23,667 nt of DNA from assembly GCA_918234285.1 (NCBI GenBank), contig CAKJXZ020000035.1, positions 1-23,667 of the forward strand, read 5' to 3'. A program made the translations under genes and the position numbers. Numbering within the stretch: position 1 is the first letter of the stretch; each line of letters begins with the position of its first letter. Shown here piece by piece: positions 6,569 to 15,349 of the stretch. The notes under the pieces were generated by a model, which was given only the letters and a program-made list of their open reading frames with translations, had not been told where the DNA came from and did not search any database. The stretch is from Pseudomonadota bacterium. GTDB taxonomy: Bacteria; Pseudomonadota; Alphaproteobacteria; RF32; CAG-239.

Positions 6569-8647
6569 ATGGAAGTGTTGCAGGATTTTCACTTTTTACG
6601 TCCGTTATGGCTGGTTGCGTTGTTTATTCCGCTGCTGTGGGGCTGGTTTATTTATCGTAACGAGCGCGTGCAATCATCGTGGGCTGACGTTTGCGACGAA
6701 CATTTGCTAAACTTTTTGTTGATTAAGGGCGATAATCATCAGCGGCGGCTTTCATATGTTTTGGCGGTGCTGTTCATGATCTTCTCTATTTTAGCCCTGG
6801 CCGGTCCGACTTGGGTTAAAAAGCCTAATCCGGCGCTGAGCGTGGATAATCCGGTGATGATTGTTCTTAGCTTATCTTCAAATATGGAAAAGACCGATGT
6901 GGCGCCGAATCGTTTGGTGCGGGCGCGCTATATCATCAAGGACTTTATACAAACCCTACGCTCGACCGAAATCGGGCTGGAAGTATACAGCGACGAGCCG
7001 TTTATGATTTCTCCGCTGACCGAAGATGCGGCACTGATTGACAATTTATTGCCGGTGATTGAGCGTAATATTATGCCGGCTGACGGCGATAGACTTGATC
7101 GGGCTATCGATATGGCAGTGGAGCGCATGCAGAGCATAGGGTATGCTTCCGGCAATATTATCGTGTTGGCGGCCGATGTCGGCGAGCGTTTTGAAGCGGC
7201 GTTGGAGAGTGCGGCCAAGGCATATCGCAACGGCTTTGATGTTAATGTAATCAAGGTCAGTACCGAGGAAAATGAAAAATTGCAAATGGTGTCACAAAAA
7301 GGTTATGGGGTTTATTTGAATTATAACCAGAGCTATGCGCCGCTGAGCCGAAAAATCAATGACTTATATGCCAAAAAACTTAATGAAAGCAAAAATATGC
7401 AATCAATTTGGTTGGATTTCGGATATTATCTGTTCTGGCTTCCGGCCTTTCTGTTGCTGTATTATTATCGACGCGGGGTGATTGCCGGATTGTTGCTGTG
7501 TTTGATTTGCTCCGAGGCATATGCCGGATGGTTTATCAACGATAACCAGGAAGCGATGCAATATTTCAAACGCAAGCAATATGATAAGGCGGCACAGATG
7601 TTTCAAAATGCACAATGGCGCGGAGCCGCGGCTTATAAAAACGGGGATTTTGAACAGGCATATCAGGAATTTTCCAAGGAAAATGATGTCGTTTCTCTGT
7701 ATAATCAGGGCAATGCATTGGCTAAGTCGGGAAAAATCGACGAGGCGATTGCCAAGTATGAAGAAGTGCTTAAGCAAAAGCCGGATTTTGAAGATGCAAA
7801 ATTTAATCTGGAATACTTGAAAAAACTCAATAAAAATCAGAATCAGAAGCAAAATCAAAAGCAGGATAATGAGCAGGATCAGCAAAAGCAACAAAAATCC
7901 GGCGGCGATGAGAAAGAAAAAAATAACCAGCAGCAAAATAATCAGCAGCAGGGAAATCAGGAGCAAGAGCAACAGCAAGAACAACAGAAACAGCAGCAAC
8001 AACAAGAGCAACAACAGCAAGAACAACAGCAAAAGCAACAGCAAGACGGCACGCAACAAGAACAACAACAAGAGCAGCAGCAACAAGAGCAGGATGGTTC
8101 TAAACAAGAACAACAAGAGCAACAGTCGCAGAATCAGGAACAACAGCAGCAAAACGATTCACAACAAGGCCAGCAACAGCAGGAGCAGAAACAATCACAA
8201 GGAGAATCCGAACAATCACCGGAGCAGGAGCAGAACGAAAATCAAAACGGAGATGAGCAACAATCTTCTGCGGAAAATCAAGACGGAGAAAATAAATCCG
8301 ATGCCGCCGAGTCCGCGGAAAATGATGCAGAGCAAAATCAGCAGCAGAGCTCTGCCGAAGATAAGCAGGATGACCGGCAAAAAGGCAATTCTCAAGCTGA
8401 ACCGGCAGATAACAATTCTGATGATAAGGAAGAAGAACAAGAAGTACAGGCCCAATCAGGTCAGCAGGATGAAAACGGTAAAGAAGCGGAGGAAGTGCAG
8501 ATGCAAAACGGCGATAAAGCTGCCGATAAGGAAAAAATGCGCGCCCGTATGCAGAAATTCCGCGATATTCCGGAAGACAAGGGCGGGTTGTTGCGCGCCC
8601 TAATCGCCAAAGAATATCGCAAAAACAGATATAAGGATGAATACTGA
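6569..8647 (+). CDS. VWA + TPR protein with Gln/Glu-rich low-complexity tail (BatB/BatC-like fusion)
   Basis: FHFLRPLWL, ALAGPTW, DVAPNRL, PLTED; TPR segment YNQGNALAKSGKIDEAIAKYEEVL...DAKFNL; Q-rich tract; conserved tail IPEDKGGLLR. Confidence 0.9.
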   Translation: MEVLQDFHFLRPLWLVALFIPLLWGWFIYRNERVQSSWADVCDEHLLNFLLIKGDNHQRRLSYVLAVLFMIFSILALAGPTWVKKPNPALSVDNPVMIVLSLSSNMEKTDVAPNRLVRARYIIKDFIQTLRSTEIGLEVYSDEPFMISPLTEDAALIDNLLPVIERNIMPADGDRLDRAIDMAVERMQSIGYASGNIIVLAADVGERFEAALESAAKAYRNGFDVNVIKVSTEENEKLQMVSQKGYGVYLNYNQSYAPLSRKINDLYAKKLNESKNMQSIWLDFGYYLFWLPAFLLLYYYRRGVIAGLLLCLICSEAYAGWFINDNQEAMQYFKRKQYDKAAQMFQNAQWRGAAAYKNGDFEQAYQEFSKENDVVSLYNQGNALAKSGKIDEAIAKYEEVLKQKPDFEDAKFNLEYLKKLNKNQNQKQNQKQDNEQDQQKQQKSGGDEKEKNNQQQNNQQQGNQEQEQQQEQQKQQQQQEQQQQEQQQKQQQDGTQQEQQQEQQQQEQDGSKQEQQEQQSQNQEQQQQNDSQQGQQQQEQKQSQGESEQSPEQEQNENQNGDEQQSSAENQDGENKSDAAESAENDAEQNQQQSSAEDKQDDRQKGNSQAEPADNNSDDKEEEQEVQAQSGQQDENGKEAEEVQMQNGDKAADKEKMRARMQKFRDIPEDKGGLLRALIAKEYRKNRYKDEY
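7837..8500 (+). repeat. Coding low-complexity CAG/CAA/GAA tract (poly-Gln/Glu)
   Basis: Encodes runs such as QEQEQQQEQQKQQQQQEQQQQEQQQKQQQDGTQQEQQQEQQQQEQDGSKQEQQEQQ using mixed CAA/CAG codons. Confidence 0.85.
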
Positions 8648-10433
8648 GATGATGTGGAATAAAGTTAAAATTTATGCCGTTGCGGCATTGATTTGGTCGG
8701 CAGAATGTTGGGCTGGTCAACTTTCGGCAAGGGTTGAACCGCAGAAAATACAATATGGCGAAACGGTGCAGTTTGAGGTCAGTTATGAAGGGGATAATTC
8801 CGGCCTGCTGCAACCGCATTTTGAGGTGTTAAACAAAGATTTTGCGGTTTATTCCACTTCAACCTCAATGCAAACGCAATATACCAACGGTATTGCGCAG
8901 CAGAAGCGTGTTTGGTCTTTAACTCTGATGCCGCAAAAAGAAGGTAAGGTGATAATTCCGGCAATTAAAGCGGGGAACTATCAAACGGTGCCGCTCAATA
9001 TTGAAGTGTTGCCGTCGGGTTCTTCCTCTGTGCAATCGGGGGCGACGCAATCCTCGGGCGGAGCAGCCGCAGCGGCAGACAGTGCCGATTTTTGGATGGA
9101 TATGACGGTAGATGAAAAGAGCCCGTATGTGCAACAAGAAATCAACGGTACGTTGGTAATTTATGACAACAAGAACATTCAATTTACGGAAGATCCGACT
9201 TTTGAAAATGCCGACGATTGGGAAATCAGACAATTGGGCGAGCCGGTCATAACCAACAAGAACGGTCAGCGGATTATCAAGATAAAATACGCATTCTTTC
9301 CGCAGAAAAGCGGCAATTTGAGTTTACCGCGAATAACGGTAAAAGGGTATTATGTCGAGCGCAAACAGGGAGATTTGTCGCGTTCGGTTAACGGGTTATT
9401 CCAATTGTTCGAGATTAATTTTGACGTAACCGATTTGATGGCTCAGCAAAAGCCGGTAATGCTTAAAACTAAACCTGTTACAATTGAGGTTAAGCCGATA
9501 CCGACGGATTATGGTCATGATTGGTGGTTGCCGTCAACGGCGGTATCTTTGCGTACGCGCTGGGCCGATCCGCGCCCGGTATTTAAGGTGGGCGAAGCGG
9601 TAACACGGGAGATTACTCTGTCTGCCGCCGGCGTGGCAGAAAATCAGCTGCCGGTGTTGGAATTTGCGGAAAATGCTGCCTGGAAACAATATCCGGAGAA
9701 TCCGGTTACCGGTTCAACCGTTGAAAACGGCGAAATTATTTCAACGGCCGTAACACGGGTGGTCTATATTCCGCAACGCGGCGGTGAGCAAATTTTGCCG
9801 GAAATCAGGTTAAGGTGGTATAACGTAAAAACACATCATATCGAAAATGCGGTAATCCCGGCTGAAAAAATGTCCGTGGGCGGTGCTTCCGGCGGACCGC
9901 AGACGGCATCCGTACCGACGATGACAATGGCGGATACTCCGGATGCGTTGGTTGAAGCCGTAAAAAACAGATTGGATAATAAGCCGGAAAATCAGCCGAT
10001 AAATCAACCCGAGCAGCAACAACGCGATATTTGGTTGATTGCGGCAATAATTCTCGGAGCATTTTTATGCGGTGCAATTTGTAATTATCTGTTTTTACGC
10101 AGGAAAATTACTGATGGCAAAGAGGATTATTCCGGAGATTTTGTTAACGATATTGAAAAAAATCTGCGTCGTGCGGATTATCGGGCATTGCGTGACAGTC
10201 TGCTGCGTTGGGGCGAACAAATTTATGCCGATGCATATATCAATAATTTGAATGATTTGTCCGCACAAGTTAAGGTTCCGGAATTTACCGAACAAATGCA
10301 GTTGTTGAACCAAAATTTGTATGCCGGCGGAACGGAAAAATTGAATGATAAAATTATAATGAAATACATAAAAAATCAGCAAAAAGTAAAATCAAATCCG
10401 AAAAAACCGCCGTTACCGGACTTGTATAAATAG
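8637..10433 (+). CDS. BatD family protein (oxygen-tolerance domain family)
   Basis: Signal peptide, GETVQF, PYVQQE, YAFFPQKSG, WWLP, KVGEAVTREITLSAAG, QYPE, a late TM helix and a C-terminal LPDLY. The start could instead be 8649 or 8652. Confidence 0.9.
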   Translation: MNTEMMWNKVKIYAVAALIWSAECWAGQLSARVEPQKIQYGETVQFEVSYEGDNSGLLQPHFEVLNKDFAVYSTSTSMQTQYTNGIAQQKRVWSLTLMPQKEGKVIIPAIKAGNYQTVPLNIEVLPSGSSSVQSGATQSSGGAAAAADSADFWMDMTVDEKSPYVQQEINGTLVIYDNKNIQFTEDPTFENADDWEIRQLGEPVITNKNGQRIIKIKYAFFPQKSGNLSLPRITVKGYYVERKQGDLSRSVNGLFQLFEINFDVTDLMAQQKPVMLKTKPVTIEVKPIPTDYGHDWWLPSTAVSLRTRWADPRPVFKVGEAVTREITLSAAGVAENQLPVLEFAENAAWKQYPENPVTGSTVENGEIISTAVTRVVYIPQRGGEQILPEIRLRWYNVKTHHIENAVIPAEKMSVGGASGGPQTASVPTMTMADTPDALVEAVKNRLDNKPENQPINQPEQQQRDIWLIAAIILGAFLCGAICNYLFLRRKITDGKEDYSGDFVNDIEKNLRRADYRALRDSLLRWGEQIYADAYINNLNDLSAQVKVPEFTEQMQLLNQNLYAGGTEKLNDKIIMKYIKNQQKVKSNPKKPPLPDLYK

Positions 10434-10434
10434 C

Positions 10435-10463
10435 TTGCAAATCGAAAAAATATGTGTTCTAAT
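10435..10463 (+). promoter_or_regulatory. Putative promoter for the nuclease-fold/tsaE/hprK/mlaEF/radA/cvpA run
   Basis: TTGCAA (10435-10440), 17 bp, TCTAAT (10458-10463); SD GAGGA lies before ATG 10490. Confidence 0.45.
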
Positions 10464-10489
10464 GGCGTATCATTAAGCGAGGAACTTGT

Positions 10490-11509
10490 ATGCCTTTATT
10501 AAAAAAGACGATTATGTGGGGATTTTTTCTGGCGGCGATGTATTTCGGCGGCACAATGACGCAGAGCGGAAATAATTTGCTGCAGGGAATGGGCTTCATG
10601 TCAATCGTGATGGCGCTGATTTGTTTGTATCTGGTTCTAAAGCTGGTATGGGGACCTCTCAGCCATCTGATGAAATTGGCGCTTTGTATCGGGGTGGTAT
10701 GGTTTTGCGCGTATAGTATAGGTTTGTTTGACGGTAATACGTTAGACACATTTTTATCAGGTACTCCGGCTACGACGGCAACCGATGATTCCGCTTCTGC
10801 CGATAATGTTGTAACACCTGAGGAATTGGGGAACGAAATGTTCAGCGATGCCGAGCAAGTTAATGGTGAGAGCGGTAATTCGCAAAATGTGTCTCCGAAA
10901 CAGGCGACTCCGAATAATAAGGGCGGCTTAGTCAATAAAATCAAAGAATTTCTTTTCGGCAGTCCGGAGACGCCGCAAGCTTCCCCACAACGTGATTTTA
11001 ATCCGTTTGAATACCCTGAAATCAAAGGCTATACTAAAGTTTTAAGCGGCAGTATACTGTATTTGGAAGGTATTAAAATTAAGCTGCTCGGGATTGATGC
11101 GCCGGATCGTGACCAGGTATGTGTAAATCGCCTGGGAGATAACTACGATTGCGGAGAAATGTCGATGATGTGGTTGCAAGATTGGTTGAGCGGCAAAGAG
11201 GTAAGTTGTCGCATTTTGAGTAAAATCGAGCAGGGACGGGCGACCGGGAGCTGTTTTACGGATAATAATCAGTATGATGTGGCGGCGGTCGTTGTTAATG
11301 CCGGTTGGGCGGTTGCTTATACGCGTACCACCGATATTTATGCACCGTATGAACAGCAAGCAATGTCAGCCAGACGCGGTTTATGGAACGGAACTTTTTA
11401 TACACCGTGGGATTGGCGGAAAATCAAGAATCGCAAGTTTACCATTAAAATTAAGCATCCAGGCAAGCAATCGGGAGACGGCGGTTTTGACTTTTGGGGA
11501 TTGTTTTAA
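10490..11509 (+). CDS. Thermonuclease (SNase-like) family protein with N-terminal TM helices and degenerate catalytic residues
   Basis: KIKLLGIDAPD, QVC...YDCG, VVNAGWAVAY, EQQAMSARRGLW and PWDWR match the alphaproteobacterial SNase-like family; there are three hydrophobic N-terminal segments. Confidence 0.88.
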   Translation: MPLLKKTIMWGFFLAAMYFGGTMTQSGNNLLQGMGFMSIVMALICLYLVLKLVWGPLSHLMKLALCIGVVWFCAYSIGLFDGNTLDTFLSGTPATTATDDSASADNVVTPEELGNEMFSDAEQVNGESGNSQNVSPKQATPNNKGGLVNKIKEFLFGSPETPQASPQRDFNPFEYPEIKGYTKVLSGSILYLEGIKIKLLGIDAPDRDQVCVNRLGDNYDCGEMSMMWLQDWLSGKEVSCRILSKIEQGRATGSCFTDNNQYDVAAVVVNAGWAVAYTRTTDIYAPYEQQAMSARRGLWNGTFYTPWDWRKIKNRKFTIKIKHPGKQSGDGGFDFWGLF

Positions 11510-11962
11510 ATGAAAAAGATTTTTAATTCGGCATCGGAGCGGGAAACCGCAGACTTAGCGCGTAAATTGGCGGCCATTACCAAGCCGGGGGATATTTGGG
11601 CTTTGCACGGAACATTGGGAGCGGGAAAAAGTGTTTTTGCCCGCGCTTTTGTGCAATCATTGACTAATGCCAAAGAAGTTCCGAGCCCGACATTTACATT
11701 GGTGCAAATGTATGTGGCGCCGGAATTTGATATTTATCATTATGATTTGTACCGTCTGAAGTCTCCCGACGAGATTTTCGAATTGGGGGTTGAAGAAGCT
11801 TTTTACACCGGGGTCAGTTTAGTGGAATGGCCGGAAAAAATGGGACCGTTTGCCCCGCGTAATATGTGGACGGTGGATATAAAGGCAGAGGATAATCGGC
11901 GGGTTATAACTGTTTCGTCCGAGGATACCGAAAAATCGGGAAGATTGGAAAATGTCGGATAA
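11510..11962 (+). CDS. tsaE: tRNA threonylcarbamoyladenosine biosynthesis ATPase TsaE
   Basis: LHGTLGAGKS Walker A, VPSPTFTL, HYDLYRL and VEWPE. Confidence 0.96.
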   Translation: MKKIFNSASERETADLARKLAAITKPGDIWALHGTLGAGKSVFARAFVQSLTNAKEVPSPTFTLVQMYVAPEFDIYHYDLYRLKSPDEIFELGVEEAFYTGVSLVEWPEKMGPFAPRNMWTVDIKAEDNRRVITVSSEDTEKSGRLENVG

Positions 11963-12377
11963 AACCTGTTTGCATGCAACTTTAATCAAACTGAAATCCA
12001 AGGGGATATTACTGCTGGGTAAAAGCGGTAGCGGTAAGTCCGATTTGGCTTTGCGGCTGATTGAAAACAAGGCGGCTAAACTGGTGGCGGATGATGTGGT
12101 TTTTATTCATAAAAAAGGTAATTATATATACGGTACGGCGGCGGAAAATCTGCGCGGAATGCTTGAAGTTCGCGGTATCGGAATTGTTACGTATCCGTAT
12201 ATTGAGCAATCCAAAATAGATTTGGCGGTGCACTTGGTTGGTGAGGCGGTCGAGGTGGAAAGATTTCCGCTTAAGCAAAAAGAATTGATTTTAGGACTTG
12301 AAATTAAGCAAATAGATTTGTATGCTAAGGAAAGTTCGGCGCCGGATAAAATAGCGGCGGCGTTGCGGTTGTGTTAA
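11952..12377 (+). CDS. hprK: HPr kinase/phosphorylase, short alphaproteobacterial form (C-terminal domain only)
   Basis: LHAT, GILLLGKSGSGKSDLALRL, LVADD and LEVRGIGIV; 141 aa with no N-terminal domain. Confidence 0.9.
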   Translation: MSDKTCLHATLIKLKSKGILLLGKSGSGKSDLALRLIENKAAKLVADDVVFIHKKGNYIYGTAAENLRGMLEVRGIGIVTYPYIEQSKIDLAVHLVGEAVEVERFPLKQKELILGLEIKQIDLYAKESSAPDKIAAALRLC

Positions 12378-12401
12378 TGTATTGAAACAAGCAGGAGTAT
12401 C

Positions 12402-13193
12402 ATGCTGAAACAAAAGATAGAAACATTTTTACAGACTTTGGGTAAGGCTCCGGTCGGTTTTATCATGAATCTCGGCTATTTGACGCAATTTATCGCCAAG
12501 TCGATATATAATTGTTTTATGCCGCCGTTTTATATTAAATTGTTCGGCAAGCAGTTTTTGAATATAGGCTTTTATTCGTTGCCGGTGGTGGGGTTAACCA
12601 CTCTGTTTGCCGGTATGGTTATCGCTTTACAGACTTATTCGGGAATTTCAGAGTATGGTGCGGAGAGCGTGGTGGCCGGTGTGGTTTTGATTTCGGTGAC
12701 GCGCGAATTGGCGCCGGTGTTGTCGGCTTTGATGGTTGCCGGCAGAATCGGGGCGGCAATGGCGGCAGAAATCGGTACCATGCGGGTAACCGAGCAAATT
12801 GACGCATTGGTAACACTGTCGGCGAATCCTTATCGATATTTAATTGCTCCGCGCATTTGGGCCGCGGTGGTGGTAATGCCGCTGTTGGTGCTGTTTGGCG
12901 ATATCATCGGTATTTTTGGCGGGTATCTGGTCGGTGTTTATAAGCTCGGCTTCAATCCGGCCAATTATATCAACAACACCATGAATAATCTGACTTCGGT
13001 GGCGATTGTGATGGGTGTAGTCAAAGCCAGTGTATTCGGCTTTATTATTTCAATTATGGGTTGCTATCACGGATATCGTTCCAAGGGCGGAGCGCAAGGT
13101 GTGGGCGAGGCAACCACCAATGCGGTAGTAACGTCTTCGATTTTGATTCTTATTTTCAATTATCTGATTACGGAAATTTTCTTCTCGAGATAG
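12402..13193 (+). CDS. mlaE: MlaE family ABC transporter permease
   Basis: SLPVVGLT, RELAPVL, AGRIGAAMAAEIGTMRVTEQIDAL and GGAQGVGEATTNAVV. Confidence 0.96.
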   Translation: MLKQKIETFLQTLGKAPVGFIMNLGYLTQFIAKSIYNCFMPPFYIKLFGKQFLNIGFYSLPVVGLTTLFAGMVIALQTYSGISEYGAESVVAGVVLISVTRELAPVLSALMVAGRIGAAMAAEIGTMRVTEQIDALVTLSANPYRYLIAPRIWAAVVVMPLLVLFGDIIGIFGGYLVGVYKLGFNPANYINNTMNNLTSVAIVMGVVKASVFGFIISIMGCYHGYRSKGGAQGVGEATTNAVVTSSILILIFNYLITEIFFSR

Positions 13194-13203
13194 GGGTTGG
13201 CAA

Positions 13204-13956
13204 ATGTCGGAAAACAAAATTGAAATAAAAAATTTATATAAAGCTTTCGGCAAGAAACACGTTTTAAACGGGGTTGATTTGGATATCAAAAAAGGCGAAT
13301 CTCTGGTGGTTATAGGCGGCTCCGGTACCGGTAAGTCGGTTTTGATTAAGTGTATTCAGGGGTTGTTGACGCCGGATCAGGGTTCCATCAAAATCGACGG
13401 CGAAGAGACGATTGACAGCGGCAAAAACATTCATGAAAAAATGGGGATGTTGTTTCAGGGAGCCGCGTTGTTTGATAGTTTGAGCGTGTGGGAAAATGTG
13501 GCATTTATGTTGCTCGAAAACGGCAAATTATCGCGCAAAGATGCTAAACTGGAAGCTATCAGGGTGTTGCGGCAGGTCGGTTTGGCGCCTGATGTGGCGG
13601 ATTTGTCACCGGCTGAGCTTTCCGGCGGTATGCAGAAGCGCGTGGGTTTGGCACGAGCAATCATCAACAAGCCGGAGATAATTTTCTTTGACGAGCCGAC
13701 CACCGGTTTGGATCCGATTATGGCGGACGTAATCAATGATTTGATTATTGAATCGGCTAAGGGTTTGGGGGCAACCACCCTGACCATTACGCATGATATG
13801 GCTTCGGCGCGCAAAATTGCCGACCGGATTGCCATGCTTTATCAGGGCAAGATTATATGGATAGGCACGGTGGCGGAAATGGAAAGAACCGATAACCCTT
13901 ATTTGCAACAATTTATTTCGGGCAGTTCGCAAGGACCGATACAGATGGAATTATAA
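13204..13956 (+). CDS. mlaF: MlaF family ABC transporter ATP-binding protein
   Basis: GGSGTGKS, FQGAALFDSL, LSGGMQKRVGLARA, FDEPTTGLDP and THD; follows mlaE. Confidence 0.94.
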   Translation: MSENKIEIKNLYKAFGKKHVLNGVDLDIKKGESLVVIGGSGTGKSVLIKCIQGLLTPDQGSIKIDGEETIDSGKNIHEKMGMLFQGAALFDSLSVWENVAFMLLENGKLSRKDAKLEAIRVLRQVGLAPDVADLSPAELSGGMQKRVGLARAIINKPEIIFFDEPTTGLDPIMADVINDLIIESAKGLGATTLTITHDMASARKIADRIAMLYQGKIIWIGTVAEMERTDNPYLQQFISGSSQGPIQMEL

Positions 13957-13959
13957 ACA

Positions 13960-15339
13960 ATGGTTAAAAAGTCTACAATGTTTGTTTGTCAGAACTGCGG
14001 CAGCACTTATTCCAAGTGGCAGGGCAAATGCGATGCCTGCGGCGAATGGAATTGCATTGTCGAAGAAAGTGTGCAATCTGACGGATATTCCAAAATCAAT
14101 CGCAAAAAAGAAGGTCATATCATTGATTTTGTGCCGCTTAAAGGCAGCACGCAAACATATAGTCGTTTGCAAACAGGTATAAAAGAAATCGATCGTGTTA
14201 CCGGCGGCGGGTTAGTGCCGGGGTCGGTGATTTTGGTCGGCGGTGATCCGGGTATCGGCAAATCTACTTTATTGCTACAGGTTTGTGCCGGATTGGCGGC
14301 GGGTGCCGAAAAATATTCGTGCTATTACATTTCCGGCGAAGAAGCCATAGACCAGGTGCGTATCCGCGCCAATCGTTTAGGGTTGGCGGATAGTCCGGTT
14401 AATCTGGCCAGCGCTACTGACGTACGCAATATCATTACCACGCTTGAAAAAGCCGAGCCGAAAGTGGTGATTATCGATTCTATTCAGACCATGTATTTGG
14501 ATGAAGTTGAATCTACTCCGGGCAGCGTGGGACAAGTGCGTGCCAGCGCTTATGAGCTGATTAAATTGGCAAAACGCAAGGGTTTTGTGCTGTTTTTGGT
14601 CGGACACGTCACCAAGCAGGGAGAAATTGCCGGACCGCGTGTGTTGGAGCACATGGTGGATACGGTGCTTTATTTTGAAGGCGAGCGCGGACATCACTTT
14701 CGAATTTTGCGCGCGGTGAAAAACCGTTATGGTGCTACCGATGAAATCGGCGTTTTTGAAATGCAGGACAAGGGGCTGGTAGAAGTGGAAAATCCGTCGG
14801 CACTGTTCTTGGCCGAGCGACAGGGTAATATTTCCGGCTCTTGTGTGTTTGCGGGGATTGAGGGTTCTCGTCCGCTTTTGGTAGAAATTCAGGCTTTAGT
14901 CAGTCCGAGCGGATATTCCACCCCTAAGCGGGCGGTGGTTGGTTGGGATTCCAATCGCTTATCCATGATTTTGGCGGTGCTTGAGGCACGTTGCAGTATG
15001 AACTTCAGTGCACATGATGTATATCTTAATATTGCCGGCGGTTTAAAGATAAGCGAGCCGGCGGCGGATTTGGCGGTTGCCATGGCGGTTATATCTTCGC
15101 TGACCAAAAAGCCTTTGCCGGCCGATATGGTGGCATTCGGCGAAATCGGTCTTTCCGGCGAAATAAGGTCGGTAACGCAAACAAATCTGCGCCTAAAAGA
15201 AGCTCAAAAACTGGGCTTTTCCGGTGCAATCATTCCGCCGGTTTACGGCAAAGATAAAAAAGAAAAGGGAGCTAAGAATTATGATCTGTCATGCTATGAA
15301 ATAGGTCATGTTCAGCGCCTGATAAATTGGTTTAATTAG
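13960..15339 (+). CDS. radA: DNA repair protein RadA/Sms
   Basis: C4 zinc finger CQNC...CDAC, GDPGIGKST, IDSIQT, KNRYG and a Lon-like C-terminal domain (EPAADLA, GEIGLSGE). Confidence 0.98.
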   Translation: MVKKSTMFVCQNCGSTYSKWQGKCDACGEWNCIVEESVQSDGYSKINRKKEGHIIDFVPLKGSTQTYSRLQTGIKEIDRVTGGGLVPGSVILVGGDPGIGKSTLLLQVCAGLAAGAEKYSCYYISGEEAIDQVRIRANRLGLADSPVNLASATDVRNIITTLEKAEPKVVIIDSIQTMYLDEVESTPGSVGQVRASAYELIKLAKRKGFVLFLVGHVTKQGEIAGPRVLEHMVDTVLYFEGERGHHFRILRAVKNRYGATDEIGVFEMQDKGLVEVENPSALFLAERQGNISGSCVFAGIEGSRPLLVEIQALVSPSGYSTPKRAVVGWDSNRLSMILAVLEARCSMNFSAHDVYLNIAGGLKISEPAADLAVAMAVISSLTKKPLPADMVAFGEIGLSGEIRSVTQTNLRLKEAQKLGFSGAIIPPVYGKDKKEKGAKNYDLSCYEIGHVQRLINWFN

Positions 15340-15349
15340 GAGCATAACA

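Noticed and set aside
7403-8819. Poly-Leu antisense ORFs and the Asn/Ser/Lys-rich alternative frame 7869-8603
   Set aside because: They are direct consequences of the CAA/CAG/GAA tract lacking stops in other frames; the main frame is continuous, so no frameshift is needed.
12402-13956. mlaEF without mlaD/mlaC as an anomaly
   Set aside because: mlaEF next to radA with mlaD encoded elsewhere is a common alphaproteobacterial arrangement.
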